Source: an uncultured Nitrosopumilales archaeon (GTDB lineage Archaea > Thermoproteota > Nitrososphaeria > Nitrososphaerales > Gagatemarchaeaceae). Taken from it: 32,000 nt of DNA. This document shows positions 16,201-25,176 of the stretch, piece after piece. The DNA lies in assembly GCA_964568185.1 (NCBI GenBank), contig CAZMON010000001.1, positions 690,861-722,860 on the forward strand, in the 5' to 3' direction. The position numbers were made by a program, and so were the translations under genes. How positions within the stretch are numbered: position 1 is the first letter of the stretch; every line of letters begins with the position of its first letter. The notes under the pieces were generated by a model that saw only the letters and a list, made by a program, of their open reading frames with translations, was not told where the DNA came from and ran no database searches.

Positions 16201-16214
16201 TTAGATGAATCTAA
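16201..16214. promoter_or_regulatory. inverted repeat TTAGAT-ga-ATCTAA abutting the TATA box
   Basis: Read directly from the sequence: 6+6 perfect arms immediately upstream of the TATA/BRE position. Confidence 0.3.
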
Positions 16215-16420
16215 AGCTGTGATATCGCGAGCGTAGCATTCATTACCAGTGAAAACGCGATTCTTCCCAAAGGTCAAAGCCTAAAATCGCTTTTGAAAGC
16301 ACCGAAGAAGAGAAGCGGGCCATCAACCACCTGAGCACGGATTTGACAATTCTTCATAGCCAGGTCAATTGCATTTGTTCAGACTGGGAATAGACCCCGC
16401 TACTAACCGAAAGTGTATAT

Positions 16421-16435
16421 TCTAGGCCGGGCTAC
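16421..16435 (+). repeat. att-like core, copy 3 (degenerate; TCtAGGCCGGGCTAC)
   Basis: 14 of 15 positions match tRNA positions 8511-8525, with a 12-nt exact core. It is in the same orientation and sits at the right edge of the AT-rich block. Confidence 0.55.
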
Positions 16436-16568
16436 TTCCACGTTGAGAATCACTCGGCCGTCTACTCAAAGGTCGAACCGAGCCTTGCGAACTGACGACC
16501 GGAGAATTAGCACCAATTCATCATGCGTTCGTTTATCTGAGGGAAGATACGGCGCGAACAAGCGACCT

Positions 16569-17183
16569 ATGAATCGGTTGGGCCCTGAGGACTATCAGAG
16601 CAACAGGCACATCCGAAAAATGCTCCGTCTCGCTAAAGCCTCCAAGGGCGACGTCTTCTACGATCTGGGATGCGGGCGTGGTCAGCTCTGCTTCATGGCA
16701 GTCACCGAATTCGGCGTGAAGCGAGCTGTAGGAATAGAGTTGCACAAAGGAAGGGCGAGCAAAGCGGCGCGGCTTGTCCGGGAACTGGGACTGGCCGACC
16801 GGATAGAAATCAGGAACGAGGACTTCATGGAAACGGACCTAGGCGACGCGAGTATTGTTTACAGCGGCCTTGAAGAAGTCTATGAGGATGTTCCATTGTT
16901 TGAGAAGAAGCTGAAGGCCGGCTGTCGGGTCGTTACCTTATTCCTCCCTTTCGTCGGAATACTCCCGTCGGCAGCTGATTATCCCTTCTACCTGATGCGT
17001 TTGCCCTTCAAGAAGACCAAGGATGCATCCCTGTGGATATCGAAGGCTCTGTTCAAGGATGCTTCCCTCGCAGAACTGTACCAAGAACTCGATACAGATC
17101 GGGAGTATCGATATGACAAGCGAATCTTCACCCGCATGCTGAGGGAGAGATTCCCTTCCACCCAGTGGAAGACGCCCCTTTGA
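16569..17183 (+). CDS. class I SAM-dependent methyltransferase
   Basis: Motif I VFYDLGCGRGQL. The ATG at 16569 is preferred because the upstream extension from 16413 is Arg/Ser/Thr-rich and covers repeat copy 3. Confidence 0.8.
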   Translation: MNRLGPEDYQSNRHIRKMLRLAKASKGDVFYDLGCGRGQLCFMAVTEFGVKRAVGIELHKGRASKAARLVRELGLADRIEIRNEDFMETDLGDASIVYSGLEEVYEDVPLFEKKLKAGCRVVTLFLPFVGILPSAADYPFYLMRLPFKKTKDASLWISKALFKDASLAELYQELDTDREYRYDKRIFTRMLRERFPSTQWKTPL

Positions 17184-17264
17184 CCTATCGGGCGCCCAAT
17201 ACCTTATTAGTCGCAAGAGTCCCAAGGTGACTAGGAAATCGTTTTGGCAAGATCGCAGTCTGAA

Positions 17265-17582
17265 ATGTGTGACATGCGTGGCATGCTGTCATTCATGATC
17301 CTTTGGCTACTTTCCAAGCGCCCGATGCATGGCCAGGAACTCGCCACCGAGATCCAGAAGAGAAAAGGGGAAAGGCCCAACCCTGGAACGATATACCCTG
17401 CTCTCAAGAGCCTGACCAGCAGGGGGCTGGTAATCCAACACTCCGAAGGGAGAAACCGGGTCTACGAGCTGACCCCGAATGGGAGGGAGACCCTTGGCGC
17501 AGCCTTGGAGTTCTTCATGAAGGCCTACGGCGAGATAATCACTGAGGCCCCCTCGGTCAAGCGCAGGCGCCTGGCGGTCTAG
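17265..17582 (+). CDS. PadR family transcriptional regulator
   Basis: LSFMILWLLSKRPMHGQELATEI....G....PGTIYPALKSLTSRGLV..........YELT.NG is the PadR wHTH pattern. Confidence 0.85.
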   Translation: MCDMRGMLSFMILWLLSKRPMHGQELATEIQKRKGERPNPGTIYPALKSLTSRGLVIQHSEGRNRVYELTPNGRETLGAALEFFMKAYGEIITEAPSVKRRRLAV

Positions 17583-18364
17583 GCTCCGCCCAGCGAGACC
17601 ACGAGCTCGGTCAGGAACCCGGCACAAAGCCCAAAGAAGATCCCGGCCATCATCAGCTCGTTGCTGTATTGTCTTCTTCCCGTGCTGAACATCAGCATCG
17701 TGACGTAGACAAGGGCTCCACCCGCGAGAGAGAGGAAGAAGACATACGCCACCGGCGAATACGAAAAGCTTCCGAGAATGGTTCCGAAGAACGTGGGGGC
17801 GCCTGCAATCAGCAGGACCTTGGTGAAAAAGAGTAGTCGGGGTCTCGGATTCATGCCTGCCAGCGGCGCCGTGATCCCGAACCCCTCGGTCGAGTTGTGG
17901 GCCCCGAACCCCACCACCAGGACTATCGCCAGACCGATAGCCCCCGAAGCGTATGATTGGCCGATGGCGAGGCCTTCGCTCAGGTTGTGCGCACCGATTC
18001 CCAAGGCTATCATCGTAGATAGTCGCTGAGGGCTCACCCCTTCGGGCCGCCTCCCCATGTATCTCTTCTCGTAGACGACCAATCCGATCAGTCCGACAGT
18101 CAGACCCCCGAACATGGCCACGAGATAAGTAACCGCATCGAGAGGGGGTGCGTTCCCCGCGAGGACTGATGACGCAGTATCCGTGGTCACCTCCCAAGCG
18201 TGACTGAAAACGTCAACAATCAGAAAGAAAAGGATGCCAACCGCCAGGGCGTTCAGGAAGCCCTTCGCCCTTTCGCTAATCCCCAGGAGCACTATCGGGA
18301 GACCCAGGAAAATTGTGAATCCGGCTATTGCTCCCAGAAGTAACAACTCAGGAAAGTCAAGCAA
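17579..18364 (-). CDS. ZIP family metal permease (ZupT-like)
   Basis: GIGAHNLSEGLAIG and GAHNSTEGFGI signatures. About 8 TM helices. Convergent with the PadR gene, with a 4-nt overlap. Confidence 0.9.
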   Translation of the reverse strand: MLDFPELLLLGAIAGFTIFLGLPIVLLGISERAKGFLNALAVGILFFLIVDVFSHAWEVTTDTASSVLAGNAPPLDAVTYLVAMFGGLTVGLIGLVVYEKRYMGRRPEGVSPQRLSTMIALGIGAHNLSEGLAIGQSYASGAIGLAIVLVVGFGAHNSTEGFGITAPLAGMNPRPRLLFFTKVLLIAGAPTFFGTILGSFSYSPVAYVFFLSLAGGALVYVTMLMFSTGRRQYSNELMMAGIFFGLCAGFLTELVVSLGGA

Positions 18365-18480
18365 GCTCGGTCAAATGCGGGCGACATAATATATGTAATA
18401 TAGGTTTGGAGCGTGAGAAGTCCTCATGATGAGAGAGTAACCTAAAATGGTCGACCCACCTCGACCAAATCCTTAATGGC

Positions 18481-19596
18481 ATGAATGGCCACAACGCCCC
18501 TGGAGTGTCCCTAACGAACAGGCTGAGCCAGCCGAGCGGGAAGCAAGCGGAACTCTACCGCAACCTCCAGAACGGGAGAGTCCAATGTACCGCCTGCGCG
18601 CGCCTTTGCCAACTGGGCGAGGGACAGGTGGGATTCTGCGGGGTCAGGGGGGTAGTCGGTGGGAAGCTGTACCTTCTCGTCTACGGAAAGGTGATGGCCG
18701 GACACATTGACCCGATCGAGAAGAAACCCGTCGTCCATTATCGTCCCGGCTCCAAGATTTTCTCCATGGCGACAAGCGGGTGCAGCTGGGCTTGCCGCTA
18801 CTGTCAGAACAGCGATATCAGCCAGCTTCGGAAGATCGAGGGTGCAGACACCTCTCCGGAGCAACTCGTCGAGAAAGCCCTGGCCTACGGCTGCGAAGGG
18901 ATGGCCTACACCTACAACCAGCCTACGATTTTCATGGAGTTCGCGCGCGACGTCGGCAGGCTCGCCCGCTCGAAGGGGCTCTTCAACATCTTCGTGTCCA
19001 ACGGTTATGATACGCCCGACACGGTCCGAATGATGGAAGATTTCCTAGACTGCGCGACCGTCGACTTCAAGGGGAGCGGAGAGACTCAATTCGTCCGCCG
19101 CTATATCGGGATACCCAACGCCGATCCAATCTTCCAGAGCTTGATTGAAATCAAGGAGAAGACCAAGGTCCACCTCGAAATCACCGACCTGATCATCCCC
19201 CGTGTCGGGGAGTCGCTCGAGACCGCAGAGAAGCTCTGCAAGTGGGTCTATGACAACCTGGGCCCCGACGTTCCCATTCACTTCCTCCGCTTCCATCCTG
19301 ACTACAAGATGATGGACTTCCCGTGGACCCCCGTGGAGACCCTGGAGAAACACCTGGAGATCGGGAAAGCGGCCGGCCTCCGCTATGTCTACATCGGGAA
19401 CGTCCCGGGCCACCCGGCAGAAAGCACCTATTGCCCCGGGTGCGGGACCGTCCTGATCAAAAGACACGGATACGAGATATTGGGCTACCACCTGGACGAC
19501 CGCAACAGATGCAGCGCCTGCGGCTACAAGACCCCAATCGTCGGTCCCCTCAGCAGTTCTTCCGGGGAGGACCGTTTCCTTTCAGTGATGAGCTAG
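18481..19596 (+). CDS. amrS: AmmeMemoRadiSam system radical SAM enzyme
   Basis: Radical SAM cluster CSWACRYCQN, an N-terminal CTACARLC...FCGVRG region and a C-terminal zinc ribbon CPGCG...CSACG. This is the typical architecture of the family. Confidence 0.9.
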   Translation: MNGHNAPGVSLTNRLSQPSGKQAELYRNLQNGRVQCTACARLCQLGEGQVGFCGVRGVVGGKLYLLVYGKVMAGHIDPIEKKPVVHYRPGSKIFSMATSGCSWACRYCQNSDISQLRKIEGADTSPEQLVEKALAYGCEGMAYTYNQPTIFMEFARDVGRLARSKGLFNIFVSNGYDTPDTVRMMEDFLDCATVDFKGSGETQFVRRYIGIPNADPIFQSLIEIKEKTKVHLEITDLIIPRVGESLETAEKLCKWVYDNLGPDVPIHFLRFHPDYKMMDFPWTPVETLEKHLEIGKAAGLRYVYIGNVPGHPAESTYCPGCGTVLIKRHGYEILGYHLDDRNRCSACGYKTPIVGPLSSSSGEDRFLSVMS

Positions 19597-20538
19597 GACT
19601 TCGAGCTTCTTTTTTACGAACTTCTCGGCGTCGAGCAGGGCCTTGCACCCGTCGGCAGCGGCCGTGATTGCCTGACGGTAGCGGAAGTCGTGAACGTCTC
19701 CGGCGACGAAGACCCCAGGGACGCTCGTCTCCGTCTCGTTCCTCACCGCGACGTACCCCTTCTGGTCGAGGTCCACCTGCCCCTTGAAAATCTCCGTGTT
19801 GGGGTCGTACCCTATCGCGACGAAGAGACCGTCCAGCTGGAGTTCCCTTTCTTCTTGGTCTTTGAGATTCCGTATCCTGATTCCCTGCACGTGGCCTTCC
19901 CCCAGGACTTCGGTAACAGCCGAATCCCAAATGAAGCTGATCTTTGGGTTGCCGGTTGCTTCCTTCGTCAGAGCCGCGGACGCCCTCAGCTCGTTCCTAC
20001 GGTGGATGACCTGGACCGAGGTCGCGAACTTCGTCAGGAACGTGGCCTCCTCCATGGCCGTGTCCCCACCTCCCACCACTGCGACCTTCTTGCCTCTGAA
20101 GAAGAAGCCGTCGCAGACCGCGCAGTTGGAGACCCCCTTCCCCATCAGTCTCATCTCGGACGGAAGGTCGAGCCTCCTGGGATTGGCACCGGTGGCAAGT
20201 ATCACTGAAAGCGCCTTCACCACCCGCGTGTCGGTGTGGACCTCGAACGGGAATACCTTGAAATCGACCTTCACCACATCTTCTTGAAGTAGCTCGGCCC
20301 CCAGCCTCTCCGCCTGTGCCTTCATCTTCAGTATCAGGTCGGGGCCCATCACCGGGTCGGGAAATCCCGGGAAGTTCTCCACATCGCTGGTAAGCATGAG
20401 CTGGCCCCCGTACCTGGTCCCCATGAAAACAACCGGAGACAAATCGGCCCTGCAGCCGTAGATCGCCGCCGTCAGCCCCGCGGGACCTGACCCGATTATT
20501 ACCAGTTTCCTAGTGGCGCTTTCATCCATTCGAATCAC
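19582..20538 (-). CDS. trxB: thioredoxin-disulfide reductase
   Basis: FAD motif VIIGSGPAGLTAA, redox-active CAVCDG, NADPH motif VVGGGDTAMEEA. Confidence 0.9.
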   Translation of the reverse strand: MIRMDESATRKLVIIGSGPAGLTAAIYGCRADLSPVVFMGTRYGGQLMLTSDVENFPGFPDPVMGPDLILKMKAQAERLGAELLQEDVVKVDFKVFPFEVHTDTRVVKALSVILATGANPRRLDLPSEMRLMGKGVSNCAVCDGFFFRGKKVAVVGGGDTAMEEATFLTKFATSVQVIHRRNELRASAALTKEATGNPKISFIWDSAVTEVLGEGHVQGIRIRNLKDQEERELQLDGLFVAIGYDPNTEIFKGQVDLDQKGYVAVRNETETSVPGVFVAGDVHDFRYRQAITAAADGCKALLDAEKFVKKKLEVLAHH

Positions 20539-20583
20539 TTGGCCCTACCCCACTCATAAATTTGCCTCCGTCCCAGGAGCGGT

Positions 20584-22251
20584 CTACAGCAGCTTCGCTT
20601 CTCTCTGCACGACGTGCAGCTCGTCGGAGAGCTGGTTCAGGGCCTTCTCGAGCCTCTTGGTGTACTGGGGGACGAGCCTGTCGAAGACTTCCTTCCTCAT
20701 CCTCCTCGTGTAGAACTGCTCGTAGAGGTTCAGGGTGTCCTTTACGGCCCTATCGACTTCCCGTTCGGTGGCATGAATCTGGCTCAGAAGGTCGAAGAAC
20801 TTTTGCGAAGTGGACTTTTGCTTTACCTCGTTCAGCCTCTGCAGGGCCCGGCTGCGGAAAGAGTCTAGGCGTCCCCTGACCTCGTCGAAGTACGCCTTGT
20901 CCATCTCATTCGGGTCGGCAGATCTTATCTCAGGCCAAAGCCCGTTGATTAGACTCGTCTTCTCTTCGAACGCCTTTATCATATCAGATGCCCGCTCCGT
21001 CGAAGATTCCTCCTCGGTCTCTTCTTCCTCCGTGAGGGTCGTCCTCGAAAGGAACAGTCCCAGTAGCAGAAGCACGAAGATGAGGGACGCCGCCGGAATG
21101 CCGTCGTCGATTGCCCATCCTGCCGTCAGGGCGTAGGAAATCGTTGTCATCCCAGACTGCTTGGGGCCCGCATCGGTCACCGGCGCCGATGGTCCCTGGA
21201 TCAGCTTCACTCCTGCCGGGAGCGCTGTTGCGATCGAATACGTGTCGACGAAGGCGCCTATCGGGGGCGTGTTTGGAAGGTTCAAAGTGACCACCCCTCC
21301 GGAAGTCGAATAGTACGTCACGGCCAGAGGATAATGATAGGCGATGCTGTAACCCGCCCCTGCCTCCACGGGGAACCCGACCCTGGAGTTGGTGAGGTCG
21401 ATCGAATATCCACTGAGGGCCACAGAGAACGGGCTAAGGAGCCGCGGCTCGACGGAGGGCTGGATTGTTACCCTCGCGCTGCTCGCCGCCAGGGGAGAAA
21501 CCACCAGCGTCGAAAGCCTCGTCGTCCCCATGTTCCTGAAGTAGAACGAATCAGTCACGACCGGATTCCCGTTCGGGTTCATCGAAATCGACCTCGTTGC
21601 GCTGTAAACTTGCAGAGGATGGAAATCGCTCGCCGTGCTCGTCACCGCGACCGCGGACAACTGCCTCGTCTCGGTCGTTGCGGACGGAAGGAGAATATTG
21701 GAACCACTCCGTGTATATGTGGTGTTGGTTCCGACGCTCGCAGTAATGAAACCGCTCGGTGGAGTGGCAAGCGGAGTCCCCGCGGGCATCCCGATGCTGA
21801 AAACATACGTATCGGCCTTCATGCTGAACGATGGACTTTCCAGAACCAAAATGAGCACGCTCCCATTAATCGCGTCAGTGACAACCCCGTTCAACACCGC
21901 GCTCAGGGTGAACCCGCTCTTGTTTCCCACCGCAATGGACTGACCTCCCCCGCTCACTGTGAATGTCTGGTCAGTGCGACTCACTGAAAACAAAGAATTT
22001 GACGTCGAATAGCTCGCCACGAGAGGCATCAGGTCTCCGAGACCTATCTGGACGTCCGGGATCTGGACGGTTCCAGAGCCGTTGTTGGCGAACGTCACCG
22101 TCTCGTTGGCCACCCCGTAGCCATACCTGTTCACATAGTAGTGACTACTCAGCCTGACCTGGACCGACCCCTCAGCGCTGGCTGTCCCCAGGGCCGGGAC
22201 GACGGCGAGAACGAGAATGAATAGCAAGGTAAATGAAATTAGTCGTTTCAA
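20584..22251 (-). CDS. type I membrane surface protein with cytoplasmic coiled-coil tail (hypothetical; ribophorin-I-like topology)
   Basis: Signal peptide MKRLISFTLLFILVLAVVPALG, a beta-rich ectodomain of about 360 aa, a single TM (IPAASLIFVLLLLGLFL), an acidic linker, and a helical tail of about 145 aa. Confidence 0.8.
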   Translation of the reverse strand: MKRLISFTLLFILVLAVVPALGTASAEGSVQVRLSSHYYVNRYGYGVANETVTFANNGSGTVQIPDVQIGLGDLMPLVASYSTSNSLFSVSRTDQTFTVSGGGQSIAVGNKSGFTLSAVLNGVVTDAINGSVLILVLESPSFSMKADTYVFSIGMPAGTPLATPPSGFITASVGTNTTYTRSGSNILLPSATTETRQLSAVAVTSTASDFHPLQVYSATRSISMNPNGNPVVTDSFYFRNMGTTRLSTLVVSPLAASSARVTIQPSVEPRLLSPFSVALSGYSIDLTNSRVGFPVEAGAGYSIAYHYPLAVTYYSTSGGVVTLNLPNTPPIGAFVDTYSIATALPAGVKLIQGPSAPVTDAGPKQSGMTTISYALTAGWAIDDGIPAASLIFVLLLLGLFLSRTTLTEEEETEEESSTERASDMIKAFEEKTSLINGLWPEIRSADPNEMDKAYFDEVRGRLDSFRSRALQRLNEVKQKSTSQKFFDLLSQIHATEREVDRAVKDTLNLYEQFYTRRMRKEVFDRLVPQYTKRLEKALNQLSDELHVVQREAKLL

Positions 22252-22307
22252 CGGATTGCACTCGAAGCCGCTACGTTCTTATTTTAAGCATTTTTCGTGC
22301 CTTCTGA

Positions 22308-23705
22308 ATGCCCGCGGCCACGGTGCGCCACCCGCTCCTCCCCAATCTTGACGAAACGATCGTTTCAGAGATGCTGCGGAAGGTCGGGGCACGCTCCATC
22401 GACGATCTATTTTCTGACATCCCCGATGCGGTCAGGCTGAAGCGGAGACTGAAGCTTCCTGAAGCCTCGTCGGAGTACGGAGTCAGGAGGGAAGTGCAGG
22501 AGAGGCTGGCGATGAACAAATCGCCCCCGGAGTCACTCTGTTTTCTCGGAGGCGGCGTCTGGCCCCACTACATTCCTGCGGTGGTCGAATCCATAGCCTC
22601 GAGGCAAGAGTTCTACACAAGCTACACACCGTATCAGGCGGAGATCAGCCAGGGGATGCTGCAGGCGCTGTTCGAGTATCAGAGCCTGATGTGCGACCTG
22701 CTTGGAATGGAGGCGTGCAACAGCTCGCTTTACGATTGGGCGTCCGCGGCGGGGGAAGCGGTCCGGATGGCCGGGCGGGTGACTGGGAGGAAGAAGGCGC
22801 TCGTCGCCGGGACCATCTCTCCACATCGGCTCGCCGTCATGGAGACCTACGTCGCGCCCGCAGGAATCAGGCTTCAGAAGATCGGGTTCGATAGGACGAG
22901 CGGGAGAATAGAGGAGGAAGAGGTCAAGAGATCCCTCACTGACGAAGTGGCGGCCGTCTATTTCGAGAACCCCAACCATTTCGGTGTCATCGAGGAGGAG
23001 GCGGAACAGATCGTCTCTTCCGCCCACGGCGCAGGGGCCCTGGCAATAGCGGGGGTAGACCCGATTTCGCTCTCTCTGATCAGGCCGCCGGGGAGCTACG
23101 GGGCGGACATAGCTGTTGGGGAAGGGCAGCCGCTCGGGATACCGATGAACTACGGGGGGCCCCACCTCGGGATATTCTCCGTGAGGGAAATGAAGCTCGC
23201 CAGGAGCATGCCTGGCCGGCTGATAGGGATCACGAGCTCGGTCGCAGACCCTTCCCGCAAAGCCTTCGCGATGGTGCTCCAGACCCGCGAACAGCACATT
23301 CGGAGGGAGGGAGCGACATCGAACGTCTGCACCAACCAGTCCCTCATGGCAGTCGCAGCCGCAGCGTATCTTTCCCTGTTGGGAAAGGAGGGATTCAGGA
23401 GGCTCGGGGAGTCGGTGATCTCAAATTCCCACTACGCCGCCAGGAAGCTCTCCAGAATCAGCGGGGTGCGGTCCCCCCATTTTTCAGGTTCCTTCTTCAA
23501 GGAATTCGTCGTGTCCTACGGAAGGAGGAAGGCCTCGGCCGTTTATTCCGGCCTCGCCAAGCTGAACCTGCTCGCCGGTTATCCGGTCGCACCCAGCTTC
23601 GGACTGGGAATCCAGGCCGGATCCTTCTGCGTGACGGAAATCCACACTGCGAAGGACATCGACCGGTTGGCCGCTGCCCTCGAGGAGGTGCTCCGAGGTG
23701 CCTGA
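22308..23705 (+). CDS. gcvPA: glycine dehydrogenase (aminomethyl-transferring) subunit 1
   Basis: The N-terminus ...PNLDETIVSEMLRKVGARSIDDLFSDIP and the motif SYTPYQAEISQG are typical of GcvPA. It overlaps gcvPB by 8 nt. Confidence 0.9.
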   Translation: MPAATVRHPLLPNLDETIVSEMLRKVGARSIDDLFSDIPDAVRLKRRLKLPEASSEYGVRREVQERLAMNKSPPESLCFLGGGVWPHYIPAVVESIASRQEFYTSYTPYQAEISQGMLQALFEYQSLMCDLLGMEACNSSLYDWASAAGEAVRMAGRVTGRKKALVAGTISPHRLAVMETYVAPAGIRLQKIGFDRTSGRIEEEEVKRSLTDEVAAVYFENPNHFGVIEEEAEQIVSSAHGAGALAIAGVDPISLSLIRPPGSYGADIAVGEGQPLGIPMNYGGPHLGIFSVREMKLARSMPGRLIGITSSVADPSRKAFAMVLQTREQHIRREGATSNVCTNQSLMAVAAAAYLSLLGKEGFRRLGESVISNSHYAARKLSRISGVRSPHFSGSFFKEFVVSYGRRKASAVYSGLAKLNLLAGYPVAPSFGLGIQAGSFCVTEIHTAKDIDRLAAALEEVLRGA

Positions 23706-25176
23706 AGGGTTCAGACAGGCCAGATGGGACGAGCCGCTGCTGAAGGAGCTCACCAGGCCGGGGAGGGTAGGAACGACAGTCCATCTGGACCCAGTCGCGT
23801 CCAAGAGTTTCGGCGACCCATCTTCCCTGGTCCCGGCCTCGATGAGGAGGAAGTCCCTCGAGCTCCCAGAGCTCTCCGAGCTTCAGGTCCTCAGGCACTT
23901 TAACCGCCTTTCCCAGATGAACTTCTCCGTGGAGCTCGGCATGTATCCCCTGGGGAGCTGCACCATGAAGTACAATCCGAAGGTCTCGGAGCTGATAGCG
24001 GGATCGGACGGGATGAAACACGTTCATCCGCTGCAGCCCGAGTGGACGGTCCAGGGGCTTCTGGGAATCTTCTACGAACTCGAGCGCAGCCTGTCCGAGA
24101 TTACGGGAATGTCGCGGTTCTCGTTGTCGACGGCAGCCGGAGCACAGGGAGAGTTCGCGGGCGTCCTCATGATGAAGAAGTATCTCTCCGAACACGGAGG
24201 AGCCAAACGCGATGAGATCCTCGTCCCCGACTCGGCGCACGGCACCAACCCGGCCAGCGCCGCCATGGCAGGTTTCAAGGTAGTCAAAGTCTCCTCCGAC
24301 TCGTCGGGTCAGGTCAGGTCAAAGGCCGTCCGAGGTTTGGTCTCCGACAGGACCGCCGGCATGATGTTCACCGTCCCGAATACCCTCGGCTTGTTCGAGA
24401 GCGAGGTCTCCGAGGTCTGCCAGGAGGTGCATGACGCCGGGGGGCTGATGTACTACGACGGGGCTAACATGAACGCGCTGCTCGGAAGGGCCCGACCGGG
24501 GGACATGGGCTTTGACATCGTTCACCTCAACCTGCACAAGACCTTCGCCACCCCTCATGGGGGCGGGGGACCAGGGGCCGGACCGGTGGGGGTTACAAAG
24601 AAGCTGGAAAGCTATCTTCCTGTCCCCGTGGTATCAGCACACAACGGCCGCTATTCACTCGACTACGGCCTGAAGCATTCGATCGGCCCCCTGAAGGGGT
24701 TCGTAGGAAACTCCGCCGTCCTGCTGAGGGCTTACATCTACATCAGGCTGCTGGGGTCGTCGGGACTTTCCGACGTCTCCTCGCTGGCTGTCCTCGCCGC
24801 CAACTTCCTCTGGAAGAGCCTCGACCCAGAAGCCTTTCCGGTCTCGCACGGCAAGGGTCTTCGCAGGAAACACGAGGTGGTCGTGTCGGTCAGGGGGGAG
24901 GTCCCGGGAGGCGCGATGAAAGTGGCGAAAGCGATACTGGACTATGGCATGCATTCACCGACTGTGTACTTCCCACTCATCGTGAGCGAGGCTCTGATGA
25001 TAGAACCCACGGAATCCGAGCCCTTGGAAATGCTCTCTGAATACGCGGAGGCTCTCAACAAGATCTACGCTTCGATGACCAGCGGCACCCTGGGTGATGT
25101 TCCGAAAAATACCAGCATCGGAAAGGTGGACGAAGTGAAGGCCTCCCACCCGATGACCCTCAAGGTCCATTGGTGA
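23698..25176 (+). CDS. gcvPB: glycine dehydrogenase (aminomethyl-transferring) subunit 2
   Basis: GSCTMKYNP, and HLNLHKTF containing the PLP lysine, followed by HGGGGPG. Confidence 0.92.
   Translation: MPEGFRQARWDEPLLKELTRPGRVGTTVHLDPVASKSFGDPSSLVPASMRRKSLELPELSELQVLRHFNRLSQMNFSVELGMYPLGSCTMKYNPKVSELIAGSDGMKHVHPLQPEWTVQGLLGIFYELERSLSEITGMSRFSLSTAAGAQGEFAGVLMMKKYLSEHGGAKRDEILVPDSAHGTNPASAAMAGFKVVKVSSDSSGQVRSKAVRGLVSDRTAGMMFTVPNTLGLFESEVSEVCQEVHDAGGLMYYDGANMNALLGRARPGDMGFDIVHLNLHKTFATPHGGGGPGAGPVGVTKKLESYLPVPVVSAHNGRYSLDYGLKHSIGPLKGFVGNSAVLLRAYIYIRLLGSSGLSDVSSLAVLAANFLWKSLDPEAFPVSHGKGLRRKHEVVVSVRGEVPGGAMKVAKAILDYGMHSPTVYFPLIVSEALMIEPTESEPLEMLSEYAEALNKIYASMTSGTLGDVPKNTSIGKVDEVKASHPMTLKVHW

Larger units (their letters stand above)
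12447..16420. mobile_element. putative integrated genomic island (metal-handling cargo), no recognisable integrase
   Basis: It is bounded by tRNA-Gln 3'-end repeats and visibly more AT-rich. Hand counts of sample 60-nt lines give about 38-53% GC here, against 58-65% in flanking genes. Confidence 0.45.

Noticed and set aside
16413-16568. N-terminal 52-codon extension of the methyltransferase ORF.
   Set aside because: It is Arg/Ser/Thr-rich and low in complexity, and it reads through the tRNA-derived repeat copy 3. The methyltransferase fold is complete from the ATG at 16569.
17307-18197. Long antisense or overlapping ORFs: 17307-18197, 22533-23297, 23497-24240, 26937-27722, 28508-29455, 30856-31704, 6207-7013, 7363-8067, 5218-5736, 21334-21987 and similar.
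   Set aside because: These are shadow ORFs typical of GC-rich DNA. Their products are Arg/Pro/Gly-rich, lack recognisable motifs, and lie opposite genes with unambiguous family signatures.
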